A DNA stretch of 57,282 nt, counting the filler, from Sphacelaria rigidula (taxonomy: Eukaryota): the NCBI GenBank assembly GCA_964200075.2. It is 3 parts of 3 records of this genome, joined end to end, with 100 filler letters (N's around TTAATTAATTAA, not from the genome) between each part and the next. Parts side by side here need not be neighbours in the genome. Positions count along the whole stretch, not along the records: positions 38,258 to 57,282 come from CAXNAA020000747.1; 2 more parts are not named here. One strand, written 5' to 3'. Position 1 is the first letter of the stretch. Every line of letters starts with the position of its first letter. Both the position numbers and the translations under genes were made by a program. The notes under the pieces were generated by a model. It did no database searches and was not told the DNA's origin. It was given only the letters and a program-made list of their open reading frames with translations. Positions 38,258 through 50,867 of the stretch are shown here, piece by piece.

Positions 38258-38272
38258 GTACCCGGTGTGGCG

Positions 38273-38395
38273 AGAGGGGGGTGGGCCGGGGGGGCGGACT
38301 CATTTGTTGCTTGCCTTAGTCGTGTGACCATTGACCACGCATCCCTTTCGAGACGGAGCAAGTGTGACCATTGACCACGCACAGAGGGGGGTGGG
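38273..38395 (-). mobile_element. Same G-tract retroposon family, 13-bp TSD
   Basis: AGAGGGGGGTGGG occurs at 38273-38285 and 38383-38395, flanking the conserved ..CTCATTTGTTGCTTGCCTTAGTC..GACCACGCATCCCTTTCGAGACGGAGC core. There is a 20-nt internal duplication at the 5' junction. Confidence 0.72.
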
Positions 38396-38399
38396 GCCC

Positions 38400-40575
38400 A
38401 GCAGTGGGATGTGACAGTGATGATGGGCGAGCTGCCGGGGGGTGCGGTGGACACAGAAACGGCGGTAGAGGCGTCGAGTGCGAGTGCTTACGGCGATTGT
38501 GTTTCGATGGGGGCCAGCGGGTGCAATTCAGCGGCAGCTGCGGCCGGCGGAGGTGTCGATTGCAGCGATCTGGGAAGGGCGCTTCCGCGGACATATCTTG
38601 AGGTGGTGACAGGCCGGGGAACAGGTGAGGCGGCGGCGGTGCCCAGGAGGGCGCCACGCGCTGGTGTCGGCGCCGACGGGGGGGTCCGGGCGACTCCACC
38701 TTCGTCTCTCGCGGCGTCATCAGAGAGCGGGAGCGTGGACACAGCGGCGGCAGCAGAACCATATTCACCACGTGCGGGGGGAGGGCACCGTTCAATTGGT
38801 GACTTGCAACCCCATCTGTTGTGGTGGCGTGATGGCAAGGGACCTGACCGAAGCATCCATAGCGCAGTTGGACCCGGCATAGGTGAGGGGGAAATGTCCG
38901 AAGTGCACTTCATCATTCACTCCGGGACGTTATTTCAGAAGCATTTGAAGAACCGGCTCGTGACTTCCACTGATACTGATCAGTGGACACTTGTCCTGTT
39001 GGCCATGTCCTGCGGGCATATCGAGCCACAAGGCTCCAACGCGGTGCAGGTAACTGTCAAACGCATTGTGAATGGAGGCCCTCAGTACATACTGGTGAAC
39101 AGGGTGTACAGCGTCATCGTGACTCTGAGGGACGGGAGCGAAAGTGCGTGACCTCCCGACGGACGGTATGATTGGCTGACGCATCCTGTAAAAGTCGTGC
39201 TGTTTGTTTTCACCTATCTATTGGCCGGCTGCGACTTCCTGCCGCGTGTATCCGGGATTCCGTTCCTCAAGATGTGGGAATTCGTTCTGAAGGCACTGAG
39301 GACGCCGAACCTGTTCACGAAGCGATAGTAGTGATCGACGGGGGTAAGGCGAGGGTGGAGGTGGACGAGGGGGTCAAGCTACTGGCCACGGTTTTGTTCT
39401 TCAGGTACGAAAACGCATTTGCGCAAGTCGCCGCGGATCCTGGACATCTCTTCACCACGACAGGGCAGAATCTGGAGACTTTCGTGAACAAGATTCGTCT
39501 GTGCATCACCACAGTACATGGGCACATACCTTCCCGGTGCTGCCCGGACTTGGACGCCTGCCAGAAGCACGTGGATAAGGCCGACGCAGTATTGGAATAC
39601 TGGGGGGGGGGGCTTTGGGGTGAGCATGCCCACAGTGAACTTCAACGGGCGTGGATGGGGCGTTGAACCAGAAAAAAAATACTCACCACAAGGGTAGGGT
39701 AAAGGCAGCGAGCAGAGGGGCGGTGAAGCTTACACAGGACAACATAGTTGTATACTTGTCAAGCCACACGTATGTCGACACATCCAGGATTGTGCGAACC
39801 CTGGGATGCGCGTGCAAGCCGGAAAGGGCGGCGCAAAGACGTCACCGGTGCCGAGATTGCAGATGTTTCGGGAATTGTACGCTGAGCTGCGGTTGCCAGG
39901 GACGCTGCTTTTTGCTGCCACCCCCTGACCCAGCGACCGACGCTACTGCTACAGGTGATTCCGCCAGAGGATATGTCGATACGTCCCGCCGACGTCGTAA
40001 GGGGAGGGGCGGATCCACGGCAAACCGTGGAAGGGGCGGCTCAGCGGCGTTGCGTGGCGGGGGGCAGGCGAATGGAGCGAGGAAGGCCCCGGGGGCAGGT
40101 GTTGATAGTAGTCGTGGTGAGGAGTGCTGCCGACGAGATGGCGAGAGGATGGCGAGGGTAGCGGCAGGGGAATCGGATCCGGGACCAGATCCTACCAGTC
40201 GCAGTTGTTGCGACGGCGGTCTAGATGGTCCCACAGAGAGCGGATCGAAGCATTCAGCCGGGATCTGGCTTTAAGATTCAGACTCCGGGTATAGCGAGTC
40301 AGAGGAAGAGGATTCGGCATCGGAAGCGGGCAAAGACCACGACGACGAATTCGCGTTTTGATCGCACCTGTAGCGAAAGTCGTAGACATGTTTCTTGCAG
40401 ATGAGTTGCGTAGGTATATAAGTGACCGTGGGAGTTATCTTCTGCAGACGGAAGTTATAACCCGTGCGTAGGGTTGATGGGGACGTTGTAGAGTGCCTGA
40501 TGCTGTGCGCCGTTGCGTGCAGACGTCTACGGCGAGTGGTCCGGCGACACCCTTGGGCGAATCGCCGGTTGTATG
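38400..40575 (+). mobile_element. Decayed AcademX-like DNA transposon fragment (XPG/FEN-like PIN nuclease + C-terminal Cys cluster), copy 1
   Basis: Read across stops and frameshifts: GIGEGE..IIH, VTSTDTD, YLLAGCDFLP..GIPF, CPDLDACQKHVDKADAVLEYW, GRGWG and GCACK..HRCRDCRCFGNCTLSCGCQGRC. No introns. Confidence 0.65.
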
Positions 40576-41359
40576 TCAAGATAGTGTGTTATACTAGTGG
40601 AACGAACGACTAATACAGCGAAAATGATGACGAAGGCGTGGTGTTGCAGAGAACCTTACGGAATACTGTGCGACACGACTATCACACGCGCGTGGACTCC
40701 AGTCGTCAGGCGGCGTTCATAGCGCTCCGCACAGCGGACGAACCGCCACGAATATTTGGTGTGATAAGAACCGATCGTGAAAATTGAGGATAACGGTTTT
40801 CATTGACGATGATATGTCGGTTTATTACAATTTTCATATGTGTGGACCATTTTTTTTAAATATGCCTGCATTCCTTCACGTACTGATAGCTATCACCAAT
40901 TTCTGCATGCCATACAAGATTGAAATCCGATAACCGAATTTCTGGGATCCAATGTGTATATGTTCTGTGGTCATGGTGGAGGGGGGGGCGGGTACGTGAT
41001 GAAGATGGAACACGCAATCCATCCTCCACGTCGCAGAACAGTGGTTCCAAGTGCTGCACGCTGGAGGAACATCAGATGATGTTTTCCGTCCCTAACCCTT
41101 CATTATTGCCCACCAAACTTCGGTCCCCATCACACCGCACAATCGATGTGACTACGTGTGCTTCGAAGCAAACCCTGAAGCAGTTTCTGTGGTATCTCTC
41201 TTTTGTTTCCGACAGCTTACAGTATCACTGACGACACAAGGAATCAGCAGACGGTGAGTGTTTCTTTTCTTTCATTTTTTTTCAGTTTTCTCCTTTTCCC
41301 CCTCTGATCACGAGCTGGAGTGTTGCAATCAGCTACCTGATGCGCCATCATCATATTTT

Positions 41360-41470
41360 TGTGTTGCTCGTGCTTGTGTTTGTGTTTGCGTATGTGTTTG
41401 TGTATGTGTTTGTCGTTACTTTGTTGTTGTTGTTGTTGTTGCTTGGTGGTGGTGGTGGTGGTGGTGTTTC
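41360..41470. repeat. Compound microsatellite (TGTGTT)n-(GTT)n-(GGT)n; others: (CAA)n 29698-29724 and (CAGTR/CAGCA)n 42704-42790
   Basis: Read directly from the sequence. Confidence 0.9.
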
Positions 41471-43367
41471 TTTGTTGTTATCGCTGCCCCCTTCCTTTCC
41501 TTTCTGAGGCCGTTGCTTCTGTCTTTTTCTGTCCCTGTCTTGCTTTTTTCTCTTTATTATTCTGTTCCATTTTTGCTGCTCCTGACCACGGGCTGGATTG
41601 TTGCAACCAGCTAATGCGAGATAATCAATCAATCAAGCGCGCGTTTACACCTTGCGCGGCGATCCCGTAAGCACGCTTCATGCGCCGCCCCAGCGACAAT
41701 GACAAGCACATGTCTGGAACGTCTTTCCCACTGGCGGACAATGTTAATTGTTGCATGTGTGCTTGCGGGAGAAGATGTTCCCCACGCTATAAACCAAATG
41801 GACGCGGCGCAATTACTACCTGCTCAATGTGGATATCACATGTGACCCGATGGAATTTCACGCCGCACCTCACCTGTTATAACACTCGTCACCGAGAGGG
41901 CAATATCTCGACGCACACGGCAGCTATCGACACAAATCGAATTGCTCTGTGTATATAAAACGCGTGCCTATCAGTTCTCCACTTCTTGGCGGCCAACACC
42001 CTTGTCTAAAAAATGGAAGTTGGGGTGAAGTGAACATCATCTACTGCATATATTGCACTGTTTCGACACTCAATGGAAGTCTGCCAGGGCTTGAACGACG
42101 GCTAGTGTGTAGTAGTACCTGCCTGTAGAGTTTTGGCTTCGTGACGTTTGTCAGTAGTGAGTAATCTTGTCAGTGTTACGCCCAGTAATTTTTTCTTTCT
42201 TTTATAGTCTTTTAGACGCCTCCTTGAAAACCGCTGGATGATGGCAAGTATCCGGATTTCGTGTGGAGGGTCTGCACCTGCTGTGCATACAGCAGCGGAC
42301 CAAACAGCATCACTCTGGCGGAAGGCGGGGACGCGAGGGCGATCGAGGTGTGTTGAACTATAGACAGGCAGTCCCTCTTGCAAGTTTTAACGGTAGCAGT
42401 AACGGAAGCAACGAGTAATCGCAGAATCCGCATGGCCGAGGGTGAACACCACCCCCCCCCCGTGAAACCTGCCCTCCGGTGTTGAGGGAGAGCACCGCGC
42501 TCGTGCTACACCATTGGCAGAAATGAGGAGAGCTGTTTCCCCATCTACAGAAAATAAGATTTCTATTGCAAAAGGATTCATTGAAATTCATCCGTGCTGG
42601 TGAATAAACGACGTAGCTTAAGTTTGAAAAGTTCAACTTTTTCTCCGCACCCGTGCACGTCTGCTCTGGAGTGCCAGATATGGTGAAAACAGAACACCTA
42701 ACTTCAGTACAGTACAGTACTGTACCTGGTACAGTGCAGTAGAGTCCAGTGCAGTGCAGTGCAGCACAGCACAGCACAGCACAGTAGAACATGGTGCTGT
42801 GTACTGCACTGCCACCAAGGGCATAGTGCAGTCCGCCAAAGATAACGGTAGTTGCTGAAGTGTATTTACGTAAGGGCCGTCGGGTCGAATCCTGTAAGAA
42901 TCAAATCCTGCGCACTACTGTGTGCGTGGATAATGTGTATATCTTTGGGTTGCGTTGTTAATCACGCACATCGCTGATACTGCTCCTGTTGGCTTCTGGA
43001 GCGTATGTTTGGAACCCCCGTCCGGATTCTAACGGCCGCAAACGTTAAGCAACACCTACGGAGTCGACACAGAGATACAAACATACTTGATGACTTGAAC
43101 GGCGCTACAGTACCACGATCGAACGCTGCAGCATCAGATACAATTATCATATGTCAAAAACCACAGCTCCGTTGGCGCAGGCCGGTACTGCACGAGTGTT
43201 CTTGAGTTCGTACTCTCGGTGCCTTCTCCGGGTTACCCCTCGCCAACGCTACCGAAGTGACCAGGGTGGGCGTGGACGTTCTGATATCTTTCCACAACTA
43301 TGAGAAAGATATTTCTTCGACTATGGGAAAGAAGAAGTGATCGCGCCGAGAATCGACCTTGAACATC

Positions 43368-43457
43368 TTTTGTTCGTCAGAACGAACTCCATCACTGAGC
43401 CACTCAGTCAGCGCTGACTGAGTGGCTCAATGGTGGAGTTCGTTCCGACGAACAAAA
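43368..43457. repeat. 90-bp spacerless palindrome
   Basis: 45-bp arms, 42/45 complementary, centred on CAGC|GCTG. Confidence 0.95.
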
Positions 43458-43694
43458 CACACGATGGAAGGCACGCTATGTCAAACGGACTGATTCTCAA
43501 CCCTCCCCCCATTCACCCACCGGTCCATTCCCTCCCTTTTGACGGTAGATGTGGAGGATTCCCAAGACTCACTCACGGGATGCAACGTCTGGATGCCTGC
43601 TTGGACGTCGGCGGGGGCAGTCCGGATGTTGTATTCGACACCAATGTCGATCCCGAGGTAAGAGCGCCACGAGTCCCAGCTCGCTGCATGGTTC

Positions 43695-45513
43695 CAAGGT
43701 TGTGTTCTGTAGGATACGGTTCTCTGTATACTGCACCCGGGGTATTTTCCCGGGTACTTACCGTCCCCAACAGTTCTGTGACTTCTGTAAGGCGTTCATA
43801 CCGACACCCGACAGTTGTGTGATTTCTCCAAGACTTTTATACCCTTACCCGATAGTTCTGTAATCTCTGTAAGCCTCCCGTGCCGTCGCTGGGGGGTACG
43901 GGTACGCTTCTGATAAGATACCCGATTGCGGGTACGGTTTTCTGTGCAACCTTCATACCCTGCCCGACAGTTTCTGTGAGTTCTGTAAGCCTCCCATACC
44001 CTTGCCCGACAGTTTTGTGAGTTTTGTACATAATGTTTACCCGCACCCAGAGCGCGGGTATGCTCTTGAAGACGAACCCCATTGTCGGCACGGTTTTTCT
44101 GTACGTCCCCCATACCATACCCGACAAGTTCTGCAATTTCTGTGGGACCTTTATCCAGTACAGGTACCCGACAGTTCTGTGAGCTCTGTGAGCCTTTCAT
44201 ACCCCTACCCGAGGTTAGGGTATACCGTTGTAGATATCTCTGATTGCAGGTACAGCACAGGTATATACGTTGGAGAGGTATGAATATAAGCTCAATCCAA
44301 TTACAACCTCATGACCTGAACATGTACCTCCCATCGAGCAACTCACCCTACTCCTTCATTCAACACTACACACCAACGAAAAATCGATGTTGGAAAGTTC
44401 TTTAGTTTATAATTTGACGGGATACAAGGTGCTGCTGAGTGGAAACACGAAACATGAGCAGCACTGCAGATCGTCTGCATGGATCACCCTCAGACTCGAG
44501 TGGGCGGGCTCACCTGCGCCACCAGGGTAGCAAGTAGCAAGACGCACGTCATCGACGTTGAGGGTGGTTGTGTCGTGGTCATCGAACCCCAAGCCGTCAT
44601 CGACATGCACAGCAGAGAATATTAGCTGCTACCGGAAGTCGTCAAGGTCGTCGACGATTCTGTCGTGCCGAAGGGCTTCCAGAGAGCGGGCAGCCGTGGA
44701 TGCTCCTTCACGTACACCGTGGGGCGGTACGTGAAGCCGATAGATGTTGACGATCCCGCGCACATGTACTACTGCGTGTGTTCGTGTAGTATTTCTCTAT
44801 CAGCCCCGTGAAGTCGTTCAGAGTTTTTGGTAACGGTTATCCGTAGTTCGCCACGGTAGTGACGAAGGTCCCACCACAGGGGTGATGATAATACCAAGGT
44901 CGTGTTTTGTAGGGTACATTTTTTATATAACTGGGGTATTTTCCCGGGTATTTACCGTATCTTACAGTTCTGTGACTTCTGTAGGACTTTTATACCGGTA
45001 CCCGACAGTTCTGTGACTTCTCTAAGGCGTTCATACCGATACCCGACGGTTGTGTGATCTCTCTAAGACTTTCATACCCTTACCCGATAGTTCTGTAATC
45101 TCGGTAAGCCTCCCGTACCGGCATCGGTGGGCGCCGGTGTGCTCTTGATAAGGTACTCGGTTGCGGGTACGGTTTTCTGTGCATCCTTCATACCCTGCCC
45201 GACAGTTTTTGTCAGTTCTGTAAGCCCCCCATACCTTCACCCGACAGTTCTGTGAGTTCTGTACATTATGTTTACCCGTACCTGGAGCGCGGGTATGCTC
45301 TTAAAGACGAACCCCATTGTCGGCACGGTTTTTCTGTACGTCTCCCGTACCGTACCCGACAAGTTCTGCAATTTCTGTAAGATTTTCAAACCGGTACCCG
45401 GCAGTTTTTGAATTTCTGTGAGACTTTCATACCGGTACCCTATATTTCTTCAAGTTCTGTAAGGAGTCTCATACCCTACATAACGTACCCGCATCCTACA
45501 GGACACAAACTGG
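43695..45513. mobile_element. Second nested pair of the same hAT-like family
   Basis: Left TIRs at 43695 and 44895, a degenerate right TIR ending at 45513, the same repeat array, and the same internal segment as 15165-15890. Confidence 0.78.
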
Positions 45514-45749
45514 TATGATTCTGCAAAGCGCACTTGCTTAACATAGCAGCATCTGGCTTCTTGGCTCATGTTTGGGATCATGGTCGTGATTTCGATCGGA
45601 ATCAATGGCCCCTATAATTGTGCTTTTCAGAGCTTGGTACGAGTATTTGACTCCGACGCTCCTAATTTACACCGACGAGATAGCTGATATATTGCATCCA
45701 TACATTGTTTTATCTCATGTCCTCCAGACAGGTGGTGAAGCAACTGTAT

Positions 45750-47893
45750 CACTCGGGCCTCCATTCCACCCAACTCGTACCACATCCATTGTTGGGAGTG
45801 GATCTCGACGGACAGACTCGGAGTGAGTCAGCCAGATGGGGCGGGGGAGGAGCGGCGACGCCGCGGACGGCGGCAACTGCGGAACGCGGAGGTTTCGACG
45901 GCAAAGGTTTTGCAGGGCCGACATAGCGGATATATCTTGGGATGGTGACAGACGGACGGACGAGCGGGGCTGCGTCGGTGCCGACGACGGTGCGAAGGGT
46001 GGGTGTTGGCACCCGCGCGGCGGTTCGGAGGAATCCACCATCGTATATTGCGGTACTGACAGGCAGCGGGGAAACAGCGGCGGCAGCAGACGAGGGTCTG
46101 CGTGGTGCGGCGCTTCCCAGGCCTTCCAGTCTTTGCTGTAGTGGCGTAATGGCAGTGGGCCTGATCAGAGTATCCACAGCGCAGCTGGACCCGGGATAGG
46201 TGAGGGTGATATATCTACAGTCCACCGCATTATCCACTCCGAGAGGTTGTTCAAGAAGCGATAGAAGAAGTGGCTGGTGACTTCGATCGATACTGATCAG
46301 TGGATTATCGTGTTGCTAGCAATGTCCTCCGGGTATATCACGCCGCAGGGCTTTGACGCAATGCAAGTCAATGTTAAACGATTGTGAGCGGTGGCCCCCG
46401 GTACATCCTCGAGGACAGGGTGTACAGCTCCACCGAGAATCTGAGGGATTGGAGTGAGAGCGCTTGGCCGCCCGCCGGACAGATACGTGATTGACGCCAT
46501 CAATGACGGTAGCATTATTTGTGTTGACCTACCGTTTGGCTGGATGCGACTTGTTACCATGTGTATCCAGGATTCCTTCCCTCAAGCTGTGGGATTTCGT
46601 GCTGAAGGCCCTGCGAACGCCGGATCTGTTAACAGCACCGATATTCACGGAAGAGGACGGCATCCCAAGAGTGGACATCGATGAGGGCGTGAAGCTGCCG
46701 GCCACCATGTTTTTTCAGGGACGAAAACGCTTCTGCGCAAATCGCCACGGATCCGGGGCTTCTCTTCGCCACGGGGGGGTGGGACTTGGGATCGTATGTC
46801 AACAAGATCCGCCTGTGTATCACCACAGTACATGGGCATATGCCTTCCCGGTGCTGCTCAGGCTCGGACGCCTGTCGGAAGCACGTGAGTGAGTCTGACG
46901 CGGTATTCGAACACTAGGGAGGGAGGCTTCAGAAGAAGATGCCCGCGGTGGACTTCAACGGCCGCGGTTGGGTTGTTGAACCCCGGAAGACTCATCACAA
47001 GCGGGGCATGAAACTGGGGAGCAGAGAGGCAGAGGCGTTCACGCGGGACAGCATCGTTGTTTATTTATCAAGCCACACCTATGATGATAGGTCCGGCGGA
47101 CCCTGAGGGACTTATGCAACCCAGCAAAGGCGCCACAAAAAGACCACCGCTGCAAAAAATGTAGGTGTCTGGGGAACTGCACGCTGAGCTGCGGTTGCCA
47201 GGGTCGCTGCTTGCTACCCCCGCCGTCCTCTGGGGCAACCGAGGCGACTTCCAGTGGTAATGCTGACAGTAGAAATGGCAGTGCACGTGAACGATCTATT
47301 TCTGCCAGGGGCGGATCCGCGGCGAACCGTGGGAGGCGCGGATCCCCAGCAAAGCGCGGGAGGGGCTGATCCACTGCGGACCGTGGAAGGGCCAAGGCGA
47401 GTGGAGCGATCAACGCGTTGAGGGCAGCAGTCAGCGTGAGGCACGGCGATGAGCCGCGCCGGTTTTGCGGCGGGAGAGTGGTGGGAGAGGGATGGGGTCT
47501 AGGAATATCCCCGAAAATCGTTATTGTCTCGACGGTGGACATGAAGACTACAACAGCGTCGGGTCAAGAAGTGCAGCCGGTATCTGGATTGGATATTCCG
47601 ATTTGGAGTGCAGCGCGTCGGAAACAGATGACCCGGCAACGGAGGCAGAGAATAAATATGATGATTTCATGTTTTGATTGCGCCTGATGGACAAGTTGTA
47701 GGTATTATTTTGGTTTGTAAAGTGGACTCTTGTATTTGCGTTACTCAAGGTTGTCTTCTCGAAGAGGTGGTCACAGAGCTCGCCTCGTGTACATTGCAAT
47801 GGTGTTCTTTTCATGGTGCAGTGCGCCCTTTGGTGCACAAGTGTGTTGAGGTTGGTGTGCTGACGCCCTTGGGCGAATCTCCGGTCGTGCGTG
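45750..47893 (+). mobile_element. Decayed AcademX-like element, copy 2
   Basis: Colinear with copy 1 at a ~7.3 kb offset: GIGEGD, VTSIDTDQW, YRLAGCDLLP and HRCKKCRCLGNCTLSCGCQGRC, with a shared 3' CCCTTGGGCGAATC. Confidence 0.65.
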
Positions 47894-49410
47894 AGTGCAG
47901 GTATTAATGAACACCAGACGAGTTCATATCAAAGATGACTGTAGGTCCAACTCTGAACCAAACCACGATCTCCAAGTTTGTCTTTTGTTATTCCTACCTG
48001 CGTCTATCTTTGCACAGTCATCGGCGCCAGTCTGTGGCTGGAATGAACGGTGGTCGGACATCGAGCGAACCGCCGGCAATCGTTGCTGTGACGAGTTGTG
48101 ATGAACGCTGGGGGGAGGGAAGTCCGAACGCGTTCTCCAATGCTTCCTCTTCAACAAGCTGAACCACTCTGCAGCGCAGCGGATGGTCGATGTGACCACC
48201 TTGCCTGCTATTCATACCACAGTTTCCCTTCGGCAATACCGCCCCCTTTTGATGCGCAGGAGTAACGGTATCACAGACGGTGGAAGCTATCGGCGCAGTA
48301 CAGGTGGCGACTTTACTTGACAAGCTCTAATCTGAGGCGAGGCTCGTTTCTTATTCTTATCGCCGAGCCAAGTTTATTTTTTAGAGCCATTTTCTTACTT
48401 TCCGCACACGTGCAATCAATGGTGAGTCTCTTGAAGGCCAATTTCTTATTTCTCTCGGACTCGTGAAAAATGATAGAATTATTGAAAACAAACGTCTTTT
48501 TATGCCTTCAAAGGTTGAGTAATGTATGAAATACTGTACAATAACTGTAGTACTATACAAAAGTATGTACTGACTCCTGTATCGAATTCGGCGACGAGGG
48601 AGGTAAAGAGGGGTGGGGCATCCTTGTGTCGAGGGGCTCATGGGTCTGCCACCAGTTACTTATTTCCCTAGGCTGCAGTGTCGATGACAGATTTCTTATT
48701 CGCCGGGCCTCTTGAATCTCTCCATTTATTATCCTTATTTTCGCCTTGATTTGAGCAAATTTCGTCATTATCGACTTCCTAGAACCTGAAAAATCTGAGC
48801 CTCGATTTCTTAGCTGGTGACTTCTGGCGCAGCTCGGAACTCCCGTGCTTGCATTATTTCCGCCAGTGTCGCTCACAGTCCACGTTTGTTGCAATCTGAA
48901 ACCAGTCATCATGCGCTGTATGACCGTATTCTTCCCGACAGCTCGCTGGGTGGTCTTGGGGGGGGGGGGCTATTGACGCATCATTCGGGCGACGACGTCC
49001 GCAATTTGAAAGCACCTGAACGCGGCGCAATTGCCGCCTGCTCATTTTGGATACCACCGACGATTTGAAGCGCTTTTACACCGCATTCCACATGTTCTAA
49101 CACCCGGCACCTAGATGACAATATCTCGACACATACTGGAGGTGCAGAGACAAATCAAATTGCTCTGTGTAGACAAAACGCATATCTATCAACGGGTCTA
49201 TGTTCCAGCGGTGCAGGTTCCTGCTCTTAAATCAAAGTTCGAGGTGAAGTGAAGGTCATCCACCGCATATTTTGCCCTATCCCGACGGTAGGTTGATACG
49301 ATCTTGGGCTTGGACGACGGCCAGTAGATAGCTGTGTCTGCCTGTAGAGTTTCGGTATACATATATCCATGCAGCGTCAGTAATCGACGAAAGCGTGTCT
49401 GAGGGGCTTG

Positions 49411-49930
49411 TTGGAAAATGACTTTTTCGGTTGTACAAATAGTAACAACTTTTTTCAGGGCTATCCGTCGCTGGTTTGTGCGTTGTATTGGATATAATTG
49501 AGTCAAACTTCGCTCAGAACATAGCTGCAGACATATACTACAGCTATGTATGAACATCATTACCGTTCCGTGCTTTGTCCACTTTGATCCCGTGGAGTCC
49601 TCATTTTTGGGGTGGTGGTGAAAAACTTGACACTAAACAGGGCGAAACACTGTTGTATCGCGTGAAGGACGGACATGTTGGAAAATGACTTTCTCGCTTG
49701 TACAAAAAAGCAGTACTTTTTTTTCATGATATCCATCGCTGGTTTGTGAGCTGTACTGTGTGGAATCAAGCCAGACTGCGACCAGAAGGTAGCTTTGGAC
49801 ATATACTACAGTTGTGTATAGCTTTCGTTGCTATGTAACCTTCTGTACACTTCTTAGATCCCATCGCGTCTTCATTTTGGGGGTGGTGGTGGGAAACGTG
49901 ACACTAACCCCCGGCGTAACACTGGACGCG
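49411..49930 (+). repeat. ~267-bp degenerate tandem duplication
   Basis: TTGGAAAATGACTTT..TTGTACAAA..TCGCTGGTTTGTG..GACATATACTACAG..GGGGTGGTGGTG..TGACACTAA occurs twice. Confidence 0.8.
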
Positions 49931-50659
49931 GGTCTGCACAAATGGCCTGATATACAAAGATAATACGTCCTGGTGTACTTACTATTTCTAGAGGTACTAT
50001 ACTGTACCGTATTAGTCGGCCATCAGTTCGACCATGCTGGAAAATGCTTTGGATTGCGTCAGTGCGTCGCTGGCGAGGATGCAACAGCGAACGCAGGAAC
50101 GCCGCGGCGGGAGAAATTTACATTCTGCACTTGTATTTCGTTGCACATTCCTTATACGCTGACCGCTACCAGGGTGGTTTCCTACGTCGCAAATCATGTA
50201 CAGGCTGGATGATGTTTTCAGACTGTGATGCCTTCCTTCACGGTCGTGGTAGAAAACCTGACGCATGTGCAAGGTGTCTTGTGCGTATACAAGGCATACC
50301 GAGAAGAACAACATCGGCATTGCACGTACCCTCAAATCGTTTCAAAAACACCCGACATGCTGGAACGTGCATCGTTTCGAACAAATAAGCTGAACCGTGC
50401 AGAGAGTAGCAGTCTGAATCTTCCCAGCCGTTCTTGGCCGTTCCCAGATTTCTGCGCCGGTCGCAGCCTGCCATCCTAAAGTTTGGTTGTTATCGACTTT
50501 TTGAATGTTTCGTCTGTCGTCTGTCGGGCATACGTATGTGTTGGCGGTCTCATGCTCACTGCTGCACCTGTAGCTTCGTGAGTCAGCGCACTCGGCAACA
50601 CTAACACGAGTATACAGTTATATTTTTCAACCATTTTTCCGACCATCTGGTAAACTGTG

Positions 50660-50867
50660 TTAACCCCTAGACAGCGAGAGTAGGTCATGCGTGGAATCGG
50701 CATCAATTTGACTTGAAAAAAGTATGCATGGTCCTGGTAGACTACCCTTGCGGTCTAAGGGTTAACCCTTAGACCGCGAGGTTAGTCTTCTGTTGAACCG
50801 GCATTAATTTCAAGTGCAAAAAAGTATGCATGATCCAGAAAGACTAATCTCGCGGTCTAAGGGTTAA
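50660..50867. mobile_element. Two tandem 98-bp piggyBac-type MITEs sharing a TTAA
   Basis: TTAA|CCC..GGG|TTAA|CCCTTAGACCGCGAG..CTCGCGGTCTAAGGG|TTAA, with units at 50664-50761 and 50766-50863. Confidence 0.85.

Noticed and set aside
38800-39910. Host XRN/FEN1 nuclease gene
   Set aside because: It is intronless, present in two decayed copies with stops and frameshifts, and has a transposon-type Cys tail.
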